From Camelus ferus (Eukaryota): a stretch of DNA of 64,000 nt. The notes under the pieces are model-generated. The model did not search any database, was not told where the DNA came from, and saw only the letters and a list, made by a program, of their open reading frames with translations. The stretch covers positions 37,450,001 to 37,514,000 of the forward strand of contig NC_045696.1 in the NCBI RefSeq assembly GCF_009834535.1, given 5' to 3'. Shown here piece by piece: positions 50,208 to 63,134 of this stretch. Numbering within the stretch: the stretch's first letter is position 1; every line of letters begins with the position of its first letter. The position numbers and the translations under genes were made by a program.

Positions 50208-51033
50208 ATTTTTCCAAAGAGGAACTGCAGATGGCCAACAGGCACATGAAAAGATGTTCAACATCACTAATTATCAGGGAAATGCAAAACCACAATGAGA
50301 TCTCACCTCACACCTCTCAGAATGGCTATCATCAAAAAGAACACAAATAACAAATGTTGTCAAGGATATGGAGAAAATGGACCCACCGTACACTGTTGGT
50401 AGGAATGTAAATTACAGCAGCCACTGTGAAAAACAGTACAAAGATTTCTCAGAAAAATAAAAATAAAACTACTATATGACCCAGCAATTCCAATCCTGGG
50501 TTTATACCTGAAAAAAAAAAAAAACCCACTAGTTCAAAAGATACATGCACCCCAATGTTAATAGCAGTGTTATTTACAATTGCCAAGGAATGGAAGAAAT
50601 CTAAATGATCATCAACAGATGAATAAATAAAGATGTGGTGTGCACACACACACAGTGGAATACTACTCAGCCATAAAAAAGAATACAATTTTGACATTTG
50701 CAGTAGCATAGATGGACTTGGAGGGCATTATGCTAAGCAAAATAAGTCAGACAAGAGAAAGACAAATACTGTATGGTATCACCTATATGTGGAATCTAAA
50801 AATACAACAAACTAGTGAATAAAACAACAAAAAAAGCAGGCTCAGATATAGAGAAAAGCTAGTGGTAAATAGTGGGGAGGAGGAAGTGGGGAGGGGCAAT
50901 ATAGGGTTAAGGGATTACAAAAAATAGGGTTATGGGATTATATAAAATCATGTTTGTGAAACTTCTGAAAATTGTAAAGCACTATAGAATTTAAAGAATC
51001 TCATTCAATTGAAAAAAAAAAGAACGAAAGAAA
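50208..51033 (+). mobile_element. LINE-1 no. 4, 5'-truncated
   Basis: ORF2 C-terminus, 3' UTR and poly(A) from 51012; imperfect TSD aagaaacgtattt (from 50199) / aagaaaagtaatt (from 51034). Confidence 0.95.
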
Positions 51034-54000
51034 AAGAAAAGTAATTGGAGGTTTTAGTTTTATTCCCGTGAGATTTTTTGGTTTGCATTAGAGGCTGGAG
51101 TTAAATTTCCAAAATGAATAATTTAAATGGCACTTAGCAAAGAATAAGTGCACATTTATTATAATTTAGTGGTTTAAGGAAGTTAGCTAATATAAATATG
51201 CAAAAATAAGAAATACAAATATAACAACAAAATGCTTACTGTGCAAAGAATATCATAAACAAATTCAATATACAATGACAGACCAAAAGTACATGCATAA
51301 GGTAGATGAAGGATAAAGAATTATCTCTACAGTAAAAGAGATCCCTTGCAAATTGAGAAGAAAAAAATATAAAAAATAAAATGATAGAATTCTAATTAAT
51401 AATTCACAGAATAACAAGGCAATTGCAAAAGAAAATTGGAAATGCTAAATGTATTAGGACAATGTAAAATAAATACAATAAAGGAGGCTTTATTTTTCTC
51501 AGATTCACATTTTTTTTTAATCTACAAAAATAGGATAAAATCTGCTGGTGGGGTGGATGGAGCTTAAGAGAGACTAGCATATTGCTATTGGAAGTATGAA
51601 GAAGTATATTCTTTTTGTTCATTATTCAAGAGATGTGTATTGAACATAAAAAATTATAATTATTCTTCTAAGCATTTTGGATACACTGCTGGACAATTAC
51701 AGAAAGTTCCAGACACTCTAGTGGACACTTGGGACATATTATGGAACAGAAATAAAGCCCCTTGTGGATTTATATTCTAGGGTTGTCTCCAACCTGAGAG
51801 CATCAATTAAAACTAAATAACCATGTGCATTTTAACACAGACATCCCAAACCTGATGTGGTAACTCATACAAATGAAAGCACAAATTGTTAAAATTTAAA
51901 CATTTTAGTATATAATTTTGTAATAGAGGTAAAAAATATTTTTAAAACACAGTGAATACTCAGCTTTCAAGGAAGGACTATGTATTCCAGGGAACATTGT
52001 ACAGTCAAATAAAGTTAAAATAAAGTCTGAGACCTATCTCACATGACCTAGAGGAATTTCTGTAAGTTATTTTTGAGTGGAAGAATAAAGTAGCATAATG
52101 TAAATAACACAATCCTACTTTTGTAAAACTGTAAACTGAAAGACATGATATATATATATATATATGGGTGTGTATAATATAAACCTCTACAGAGTTATAT
52201 AAGAATGAAAATAATATAGTGGACATACCCTATTACTAAATACTACTGGAGAGAGATGGCAGGAGAATATTCAGGAGGGGAAAAAAGAAACAAAAAAAAA
52301 GGAAATTTAAAAAGGTAAGTTTAAAATAGTTTGCATTTATGTAATACATGCATGTTTTTACATAAAGTAAAAGAAACGCTCATAATGATATTCACTATTT
52401 ATTATTGTTCATTATTTCCTGGGACCATGTGACCAAATTTCACTCAGTCTTCATTCGTGTCACCTGGGTATGCTATTATTTTCCTCATATAACAAGAGAA
52501 GAAATAAAGGTTAAAGAATCTCATTCACTTTTCCAAGTTCAAACAATTAAAAAGTGGTGGAACTATTGCCTTTCACAACGGTGTGTCAATATTTTAAAAT
52601 ATAAGGTAACTTGGAAAATGCTAAGGTAAAAAAGACTTTGCAACTATTGGAAATATAAGTTTTAACTGTTTTTTTTTCCTCCTGAAAAAAAAATTATGTT
52701 TTTGGAAGAATTTAAATATATATAAGTCTGCACTGCAATTTTATCTCAATTCTATTAAAAGTTCGTGGCTGAGTAATGAGTTATACAGTACGAGAATGAA
52801 GAAAAATCTCTTGTGATTGTTTATGCAAAACCAGTGGACTTTGTACAACTGGTGAGAAGGCCAGAGATACTGTTTTTAGTGTTGTCTGTGTGTTATTAAT
52901 TTGATTCTTTATTGATGCCCTTTTAGGAACAAGATGTGCTCTCATTCATGTTATTTACTGCTTATGACAGTAAGCCATACTCTTCCTTTTGAGAAACTTA
53001 AAGGTGCTGAACTTTACAAAACTGCCTCTGCCTTTTAACTACATTTTCCCTATCATCTCGTTCCCATGACAGTCTAGTGTCTTCAATGTTCAGCTGAGCA
53101 TTACACTGCCCAAGGGAAAAGTAGTCACGCAATGGCTTTAAATTGCATATGTGCTTTCCTTAGAGGGTGAGTCTTCTGACTTCTTCTAGAATTGCAATGA
53201 CAGAAAAATTAAGGCTGCTCGACTTATTAGCAAACAATTTATGTGAAGTCTAACTTGTGACTGAAATATCACATTAAATATAAGCACTGCCATTATGTAT
53301 TTTGATTAAAAACAAAATTCTTCAGAAATCTGTAACCATTTATTTAGAAGAGCAGTATATGATTCTCATTTTCTAGAGATTTTCAAGTATAGGAGAGATT
53401 CAGGTTCAAGTTGATTTTTATAGGAGACAGGTATCTGATGAGATGACCTCAAAAGGTCAATTTCAGCTATACTATGTGGTAAATCTTTACTAGAAAATAT
53501 AATTTATCAAAATAAGTAAAAAAAATTGTTTACATGAAGATACTATAATATACAAAAGTGTCCCAATTATAATTTTCAAGCACAACTAACAATGATAAAT
53601 TTTTCTAGATATCAGTAAGTTAATCATAACTAAAATGATCAGTTATATGTCAAGGGAACATGTACAAATTAATAATTTTGAAAAATATTACTACCCTAAT
53701 AGGATTTTGAAAACACATATAACTGGTCTGAGTTTTATTTGTAAAGTACATTGGACAATATATGAAAACTATTGTAATTTTTATGTGCTTCCCTTGTAAA
53801 GGCTCTGATTGTCTAAGCCACCTATGGCTTTTCTGATACTACTTTTAACTCCTAATTTGCTGCTCCTTTCTAAAAATCATTTGTAAAAAAATAACTTTAA
53901 AAATGCTAAACATCTGAAAACCTGCTTTAAAAATTTCCAGTTGTAAAAGAATAATAATATTCTCCTCTCACTGTTACAATATATTAAAAATAGAATAAAA

Positions 54001-56873
54001 TAGAAAGTCAAACACTTCCTGACCCACAGAGAAAGCATAGCTAAATGGCTGAAAACTACTATAGTGGGTCCATTCTTACATAAGTGTATGCATTTTAAGG
54101 AAATGTTGTTAGAATTTCAGGAAATATGTGCTATAGGTCAAGAAAATGCTCTTTTGTTTCTGAAAAAGCCTGTTTAGTTATGACTTAGCAACTTGGAGAA
54201 CTACTTTGTAAGGGAAATCATTTAGTTCCGTGAACTCAAGACCTCAATTTTCACAGGTAAATAGTAAAGCGGTTTGACTAATCTTCTAAAGCCAATCCAC
54301 TTATATTTGACATGGCAACGCTTGTTAGGAAACATTTCATGGGCAAAACTCTGGATAGCAGAGCTATTTGTGTTTTCCCCTCCAGTGAAATGTGAAACTA
54401 GTGATATTAAACAGCCAAAGACTTATTTCAGATAGAAGGTACAAATGTATACATTTAACAGCACCATTATAAAGAATTAGTTTCACAATCTGTTACAGAA
54501 CAGGATGAGTTTTATGTGTACCTAAAACATAATCAAGCACTGCAGGAATAAATGCCATTTCTCTGTAGATACACTTTCATCTGTAGCAGTACAGGAAAAT
54601 ATAATTAAACCTGTATGAAGTTAAATGTTCAGGAAGTATGACTTAAAAATACTTTCTTAGGTGGGATGATTTCAGCTCAACGCAGGTAGAATAGTTTTGT
54701 ACTTTTCCTTTTCTTCATTGTGTATCATAGCATATTTGGAAAAATATTTGCTAACATTTTCATGTATACACTGACATTACATGAAGCAAAAGGCTTGGAT
54801 TAAAGTGATTAAACTCTTCTTTCATGCTGTGCTGAAAATAACCCAACTGACTTGAAAACCACATGGATCAAAACTAGCATGACTGAATGATGCAACATGA
54901 TGTATTATAGCACTAAAATCAGATAGAAAAATTTTTAAATGTAGTTTATGAAATAAAAACTTTGACATTCTAAAGTATATTAAAATACTAGTTCTTTTAA
55001 AAAATTAGTTGAGTGCAAAATTTGTTTAAAATTTTACTTTAATAATCAGTATCTATCCTGTGTTTTAAACTTCTGGTGCTTTTTGAAAGGTTAATACTAA
55101 CATAAGAAATGGGTAATTCAATTTTCCATTAAAGAAAGAAAAATGTTGTATCTACATATAAAGATATACTAAAAAGTTTTCAATTTGATAAAGGGTATTA
55201 GAGCTTTGTAGCCCAAACTATTCATAATGATTGATGTACAAAAGATTTTTTCAAAAAAGGTTTGTCAGTGAATAAATCTTTTAGACTTTCTTACTAAATC
55301 TATACATACTCTGTACCGTGTCAAATATAAAGATGTGAATTGGAAGTACGGCTCTTTGCTAAGGAGTTTTGCAGCATTTTCAATATCATTATCTGACACG
55401 GCGTGCTATTGTTCTAGTATCTTTTTTCTCATAGCGCATTTGTTAAAGTCTGTATATTCAAAAGGTTTCAGTTGAGATTACAAACAAAAAGGAATCTTCA
55501 TGATCAAATAGTTTCTTTGTGCACATCAATGTCCCTGGGTCTCAGCTAAATGTTAGTTAAAATAATATAAAGGGAATACTCACTCTTATTTTATTACTAT
55601 TTTCACTATTACTTTGACTTGTGGTATTATACAATCGGTAGAGAAAAGATAAAGGACTACTAGAGAGACAGGGATATGCTCATTTCATGAAAACTGGAGA
55701 ATGTGAGAAATCTAGATATAAATAGGTGTTTTGAGCTAGACGCAGGAGCTGAGAAATGGAAGAAGTCAAAGAACGGACAATTAAAACTCACTTAGGTTAG
55801 TCCCAAGACAGAAACAAATTGTAGTTAAATATGAACCTCATAGCTCCTCATTTAAAAATATTCTTGGATAAAATGTTATTCTAAGTAAACTGATTATTTT
55901 GACAATTGAAGTTCACTCTTTCAAGAATAAACTTTTGCCATTGTTATTTAAAACAAACATATACTTGCTTTTAAAATGTATATATATTTAACATTTCCTA
56001 CCATATCAATGTGCAGTGTTTTAGTTTGCTCTTTTCAACTCCAAAGTACATATAAATGATTCTGTCCAACTCCTATATCCCCAGGATCCTTTGCTTTTGT
56101 CGTTATTTTGGGAGGATGCATGCAGGCTGTAGATACTTCTGGGGTAACTGAATGTTGGCAGCTGGGCAAGGGCAGTTTCCACTCCCATAGTAACAAGATC
56201 AAATGGTGAGGTCCTTGGTGAATTCTCTATACACACGAAGTGGGATGTCAGAAGACAAGTGCTCCCAGTAATGTAAGCACTGTTGATTTACTGTCTCAGT
56301 TTGATGCACCTAACGTTTATCCTCCTCCCTGACTCTCAATCTCTGAAAGTTGGACTAGATTAACTCTAAATAACTACATCTAATACAGTAAAGAAAAAGG
56401 AAAAAAAAATATGTAAGACCTGTGTTTTTAATTCGAAGTATATTCAAGGTCATATTCTATTAGACATGCTGTATTTTCATTCTCTGTTTTCTTATACATA
56501 GTATTTCAAAATGCTAAACCTAATTGGAACTTTTCTTGATTTTGGATCATATTATCAATGAGATTATTTTTCTTTTTGCCTGCTTTATTTTTGTAAAACC
56601 TTTTTTCTGTCCTCTTTGTCAAACCAATATTCAACATTACACTAAATGAGAAAGCATTATGGCTAACATAGTGTTAGGTAATTAAAAATTAAAAACTATG
56701 AAGGGTGCACATTATTATAGTACTAGTTTTCCTATAAGTGGCAATTCATTTAATAATGCTGAAAATAATATAAATAGTAAGTAATTTCTAAAAAGTGATG
56801 AACATTTAAAAAAATCAGTGAGCAATAGCAAATGTTAAAATGAAACATAAACTATTTAACAAACAGAATTATT

Positions 56874-58305
56874 CATATACCTACTGGTTAATTAATCTAT
56901 GACAAAGATGGCAAGAATATACAACAGAGAAAAGGCAGTCTCTTCAACAAGTGGTATTGGGAAAGCAGGACAGCTACATGTAAATCAATGAAGTTATAAC
57001 ACTCCCTCATCCAATACACAAAAATTAACTCAAAATGGTTTAAACATCTAAATATCCTAAAAATAATACATGACATCATACATCTCCTAGAGGAGAATAT
57101 AGGCAAAACTTTCTCTGATAAAATTGTAGCAATATTTTCTTAGATCAATCTCTAAATGTAAAATAAATAAAAGCAAAAATAAAGAAATAGGACTTAATCA
57201 AACTTAAAAGCTTTTGCACAGCAAAGGAAACTATCAGCAAAATGAAAAGACAACTATGCGTTGGGAGAAAATATTTGCAAACTATGTGACTGACTAATTT
57301 CTAAAACATACATCAAAAACACATAACTTAATCAAAAATGGATAGAAGACTTAAATAAACATTTCTCCAAAAAAACATACAGTTGGCCAACAGGCACGTG
57401 AAAAGATGCTCAACAACGCTAATAATTAGAGAAATGCAAATCAAAACTACAATGAGGTATCACCTCACACCTGTCAGAATGGCTATCACCAAAAAGAATC
57501 TACAAATAATATTTTCTGGAGAAAGTGTGGAGAAAAGGGAACCCTTCTACACTACTGATGGGAATGCAAATTCATGCAATCACTATGGAAAACAGCATGG
57601 ATTTTCCTTGAAAAACTAAAAATAGAGCTACCAAATGATCCAGCAATCCCACTACAGGGTATTTATCCAGAAAAAAACAAAAACTCTAATTTGAAAAGAT
57701 ACAGGCGTCTCAATGTTCATAGCACCTCTACTTAGGATAGTCAAGACATGGTAGCAACCCAGGTGCCTATCAACAGACAACTGCCTTAAGAAGATGTGCT
57801 ACACAACACACACACACACACACACGGAATATTACTCAGCCATAAAAAATGAAATAATGTTGTTTACAACAAGGTGGAAGAACCTAGAGAATATTATACT
57901 TAGTGAAGCAAGTTAACATAATTTTTATGTGGAATCTAAACAATACAAATCTATATACAAACAAGTCTATCTATATCTATATATATATATATCTATATTT
58001 ATATATATATAAATCTACATATAAACAAAAACAGATTCAGAGACATAGTAAACAAAATTATGATTTTCAAAGGGGAAGAGATAGTAGGGATAAATTGAGT
58101 ATGAGATTAACAGATACAAACTACTATATATAAAATAGATAAAACAACAAGGATTTACTGTATACCAAAGGAAACTATATTCAATATCTTATATTAACCT
58201 GTAATGGAAAATAATATTTTTGCATCACTTTGCTATACACCTGAAAGTAGCACAATATTGCAAATCAATCATACATCAACTACAAAAACAATAGGAAAAA
58301 AATAA
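56874..58305 (+). mobile_element. LINE-1 no. 5, 5'-truncated
   Basis: ORF 57383-57619 ([33 protein letters not shown]); complete 3' UTR with A-rich tail; TSD aaacagaattatt (56861-56873) / aaacataattatt (58306-58318), 12 of 13 identical. Confidence 0.96.
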
Positions 58306-61300
58306 AAACATAATTATTGAGTGAATATCAAAGTTATCTAGATATGTTATCTAAAGTATGGTTTAATTGTGTCCCAGTCATTTTTTTTGACCCTAAACCC
58401 TTTATCTGACTTGAAAGAGATAATCAATTTTATATGTTGGCTATTGCCAAATATTCAAAAAAATTATTAAAAATGTCTATACGTAAGGCTATGCAAGGTG
58501 TTATGTTGAGCTTATTTTTTATTATTTGTTTATAATATCTTAAACTACACAGAAATTAGACTTAAATGGTCATTAGAAAGATTATATTGTATCTTTCCAT
58601 GGAAGGACTTGTATTCACTCTTGGAAAGCATCTCCAACATCATCCCAAACACCTAAGCTTAAAATGAGGGTCAATTTAGAGCCTTTGTTTCCCTCATCCA
58701 AAAACATCCGATCAGGCATCTGCAAATAATGCAAATGTACTCTGGATAAGTTTGGCAGGAATACAGTGAAACAGAGAACTATCATGTGGCTAACATGATT
58801 GCCAGGAAAGCCAGAGGACCAAGTTAGAATAAAACTAGAAATCAATGAAGGCTATGTACAGTGGAAACACACACAGTCATGCCAGTCCTAGGATAGCTAT
58901 TAGGATTGTCATAGAATTCTTTATACAACACTTGCTGGAGCACACCTTGACTCTCAATTCTGACATTACCATTACGGGTAATTTTTAACTGTCTGACATC
59001 AGGGTGGCCTTCCTTCCTCCAGACCCCACGTCCTCATTTCAGGTAGGAGAGAGGATTGAGGACATATATTCTATTACTTCCTAACGTCGAATCTATGCTG
59101 TAGCTTTTCCCATCAGAAGGTGTAATAATTTTCTCCATCCTTGATCTTGGTCTTGTTTGGGCATACTTTATGAGAAACAGATGGGTCATCATCAATGTCC
59201 CCAGAATAAAAGGGGTACACAGGCTGCAGTTAATTTAGGGCATACCTTTTATGACGTAGGAGTACAGAAAAAAGAAAAGATGCCATGGGAGGGGGAAAAG
59301 TGAAAGGGAAGGAAAACAAAAAAGAAATGTCAAGAAAAGAGGTGGAAACAGTCCTAATTTTACCATGTGGTATAGTTGTAATAGTCAAGTACTTTAAAGA
59401 ATACATTCTTTAGATTTTATATTGGTTTTAAAAATATTTTCATGGATCAAAAATTGTCAAATTCTATTTTTCCACTTCTTGAACCCTGATGAAAATGTGA
59501 TCATAAATCTTCTTCTGGATAAAAATTTACTGGAGTATTGATTGCTAATAGCAAGATTATGTGACAAGAATCAGAGCTCCATGGACAGAAGTTACTCTAA
59601 CAGCTTCATTGGAGAAAGGATACTGTCAACCTGTTCCTTAATCCAATTGATAGTTTTTCTGTAAATTGCAATTTATTACCCCCACACCTAATCATTATGC
59701 TCCAGTTAAAGTCAGCTTGGAAACCCTAAGAGAATTTTAATATTTGTTTTCTAATTAGGATGATCATTTTCAATTAACCTTCACTTAAAGGCTTTTAACT
59801 AAAATATAGTTGCTGATAACTCTCAGAACTATCATTAAACAGAAAGCCGTGGACATTTTATGGCATCCTTTTATATCAGCTTCCCAGATTACTCAGAATG
59901 CTTCCTTCTTCTGTTGGACATTTTATAAATTCTTCCCACATACCCAAAGCTGTAAGCTGGGAATAAAACGGCTTTATCACTTTTTAGGGAGATCCTTTTC
60001 CAGTTAAACTGTTCCTTGCAGCCAATCAATTTGTCAGATCAGAGGCCTGTCTTTTGTGAGAGTTCCTCTGAACTAAAGCTGACAGGGTTAGGCCAGGGTC
60101 AGTTGTCTGATAATTCAAAGTGAAAGACAACTTAAAGCACTATAGTAGAGAGGGTGAGGAATTAGCACAGATGGCATTATCTGGAAGTTGACATTGATAA
60201 AAAATGTATTTGTAAGAGTTAGCTTGCAAGACTTTTTTTTTTTTTTTTTTTTTAAGCTCTCCCGTTCCCTGCCCTCTCAAATGACATTCAGATTAATTGG
60301 AAAAGTGAAAAAAGAAAGAGACTTATAAGCCATTTATCTACCAAGTGGTACGATTAAAAAAATTAAATCTTGATGGTCTTCAATAAAGAAGCTTAACAAA
60401 GATTAAGGGTTATCAATCTCTGCTGTAAGCTATCAAAACTGACTGGCCTTAAATTGTATCGAAACGAGATGCAGTATCACAGATGCTTTATTCAAGGTAT
60501 ATGTTCCAATGTAGATATTTAATTACTTAAAGTTTATGGATTTTATAATTTAAATAGTAACATTTTCAAAATACCAGTATTTATCAGAAAAAAACTCATT
60601 CCTATAAAGTGTTGCTCATAATTACATCGGAACTTAATTTATGTAGAAAATCTTGCTATGATCGAGTCAGATAAATTCTAATGTTGCAGTCAGTGAATTA
60701 AGGGAACTTACATTTCTAAGTTTCAGAATCAATCATCAAAAGTTCTCAATTTATGAGTACTTCATATGCATGAGATCGTATGTAATGTATCTTACTGGTG
60801 TGCAATGTTGTTTCAAAATGAAAAAGAATTGACTGAATCTTTTTCTAACAGAGAAATATCACAATCATTCTATGTGCCTCAAATAGAGGGTAATGGTATG
60901 CAGATCATCAACCATCTAAATAATTGCCAAAAACTTTACAAAGAAATAAGAATGTATTACTGTCTGGGGATCTGGAAAATGGTAAAGTGAAATATTTCTC
61001 AAAAATATAGCAAAAGAGCCCTTTTTTCTGCCTCTTACACCAACATAAGAAGACTACAAACCCAATGGAAAAATTTTTTTTCCCACACCCTGAAAAAAAA
61101 ATTTCCAGTGAAGGAAGCTAATCTAGCAAATTAAGATTTACCTTTATAAATAAAAATATCAATTTAAATGTATATTCAATAGGCTCTTTGACCTTTAATT
61201 TTCATGTAAAATTACATAAAGAAATATTCTGAAATATTGCATAAACCTATAGTTACTACATGAGATGACAAAACAAGGCAGTGAAAGAGGAAAAAAATTA

Positions 61301-61620
61301 AAAGAGGAAAATGGAGTTAAATGACAAAGTACTTGAGAACATATAAGATACTTTAAAGTACTCCATGAATGATAAAGTTTCACTTATTACATTTTTCCAG
61401 ACTTTGAAATAAGTATTATATAAGTGCCACCAACGTGTTTATGATATTTAATTTGTTATAAATAATCAATTTTGATAGACCCTAAGAAATACTGTTTTAG
61501 GTAAATTTAAGAAAATATGGGAATTAAATGTTCACAGTAATATTCTCCTATAATAGGATTTTTACTACAATTGTATGAATTCATGTTTTTGACCTATGAG
61601 ACTCCACATCTAAAGCAATA

Positions 61621-61686
61621 TTTAAATAAAACATTACCTATAGTTTTTAAATAAAACGTAACTGTTTTTAAATAAAACTTAACTGT
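61621..61686. repeat. 21-bp tandem repeat, about 3 copies
   Basis: gtttttaaataaaacgtaact (61643-61663), gtttttaaataaaacttaact (61664-61684), plus a degenerate copy at 61621-61639. Confidence 0.9.
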
Positions 61687-62461
61687 AAGCATTTATCCTT
61701 AAATAAGCTATTTGCTATGTTAATATATTTCATACACTTAATGAATCTAGATACAAAGTGATTTCTTCATCATTTTCACAGGGATTTTTCAAAATCGGGA
61801 TAACATGGAAGAACTTCTTTAGTCAATTATCAGAAGTCCAAATTGAAATATAAAATTGGAAAGGTTGATGTGGTGATTTGGATGCTTTGGTAAATAATTC
61901 TGTAATCCAGTCTTGGACCTCTCTTCTTCCTCCTTCCTCTTTGCCATAACTCTTTAATGTAAGAATTAGTTTAAAAATTACACTTTTCATGAAAGCAAAA
62001 TGATACAATCTCTATAACTGGTAAATTAATAAAAATAAACTTAACTAAAAATAAAAACAAATGGTATTTTGTCTTAGATACTACAATAATGTCAGTATTT
62101 GCTGTTGAAGAGATGTTCTGCATTGTGACAAAAAAAATCTATTTTGTTTGCCAAACTTTATAGTTTATTTGACTAAAGCATGGACACTTTGAGGGAAAAA
62201 CAGAAATAATCTGAAGAGAAATAACAGCTTTACTAATCAAAGTAAAATGTATTTAAAACGTAAAAGTGCACAAAATTCTTTATCGAAATGAAATCCAAAG
62301 AACTTGATACTCCTTCAGGATAGAAGCCTCAGCAGGTAAGTTTAAGAACAAAGTTCATCAGAGCAGAGATGACAGGCAACTATTTACTCCCACACTTACA
62401 TGATACCCAGGAACTTGGGGTTTTCCCACCAAAATAAAGAAATTGTTTTAAAATGTTTCTG

Positions 62462-62515
62462 AGATGCAAAAGATGAGGTAGAGTCTAAGATGGAAAAGAT
62501 GAGGTAGAGTCTAAG
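62462..62515. repeat. 26-bp tandem duplication
   Basis: agatgcaaaagatgaggtagagtcta / agatggaaaagatgaggtagagtcta, one mismatch. Confidence 0.95.
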
Positions 62516-62807
62516 TGCTTATTTCACCCATGGGAGTGGGACACAGTTTATTTATAGAAACATGATGCACCTGATTAAGTTTACAAAAACTAGTTATACA
62601 ACTGATGGAATAACAACAACTTACATAAACTTGCTCATATTTCACATTTACCATTCTTCAGATGTCAAATCATTCTCCCTATAGTTATTTAATTGTATTT
62701 AAAATGTTTCTTGTTTGCAAATTTTTTAAATACCTAAAAATATTAAGCAGCAGTCCTGTTTAATAAAGCTCTTGTTTCTTTCCTTTGTTGAATTTTATTC
62801 TTTAACT

Positions 62808-63134
62808 CAGTGGCCAGAAAACTATGATGTCTGAACCAAAACTCACCCAAGAGCCTGCTTTTTGTACAGCACTGTGGCTAAAAATAGTTTTTTACATTTT
62901 TAAATAATTAGAAATTCAAAAAAAGGATAATATTTCATGACACATAAAAATATACAAAATCCAAATGTCACTTCTAAAGTTTACTGGAACAGAGCTGTAA
63001 TAAACCATTTACATATTGTCTATGCTTTTGTGCTACAACACTAAAATGGAACGTTTGTGAAAGAAACCAAGTGGCCCTCAAAGCGAAAAATGTTTACTCT
63101 GTAACTCTGTACAGAAAAAGTTTCTTGAGTCCTG
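62808..63134 (+). mobile_element. MER58B-like hAT-Charlie DNA transposon
   Basis: cag...ctg termini; ctaaaaatagttttttacatttttaaat; catttacatattgtctatg; tacagaaaaagttt. Confidence 0.8.

Noticed and set aside
52815..52830. Sox-Oct composite motif (gattgtttatgcaaaa)
   Set aside because: One extra base between half-sites and an imperfect octamer; does not fit the canonical spacing.
53444..53459. Everted nuclear-receptor repeat TGACCT-N4-AGGTCA
   Set aside because: Sits in a MIR3/L3-type tail (gatgacctc..aaggtc..ttcagct) that natively carries this pattern.
20966..60300. Shared 12-mer CAGATTAATTGG at 20966 and 60289
   Set aside because: Many 12-mer pairs are expected by chance in 64 kb and the match does not extend.
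59023..62341. Microexon candidates 59023-59042 and 62319-62335 (perfect CAG|GTAAGT donor)
   Set aside because: Not frame-preserving, acceptors are short or have an upstream AG, and one perfect donor per window is near chance.
61621..62515. Short repeats as CRISPR-like arrays
   Set aside because: Tandem units without unique spacers, in eukaryotic DNA with no cas genes.
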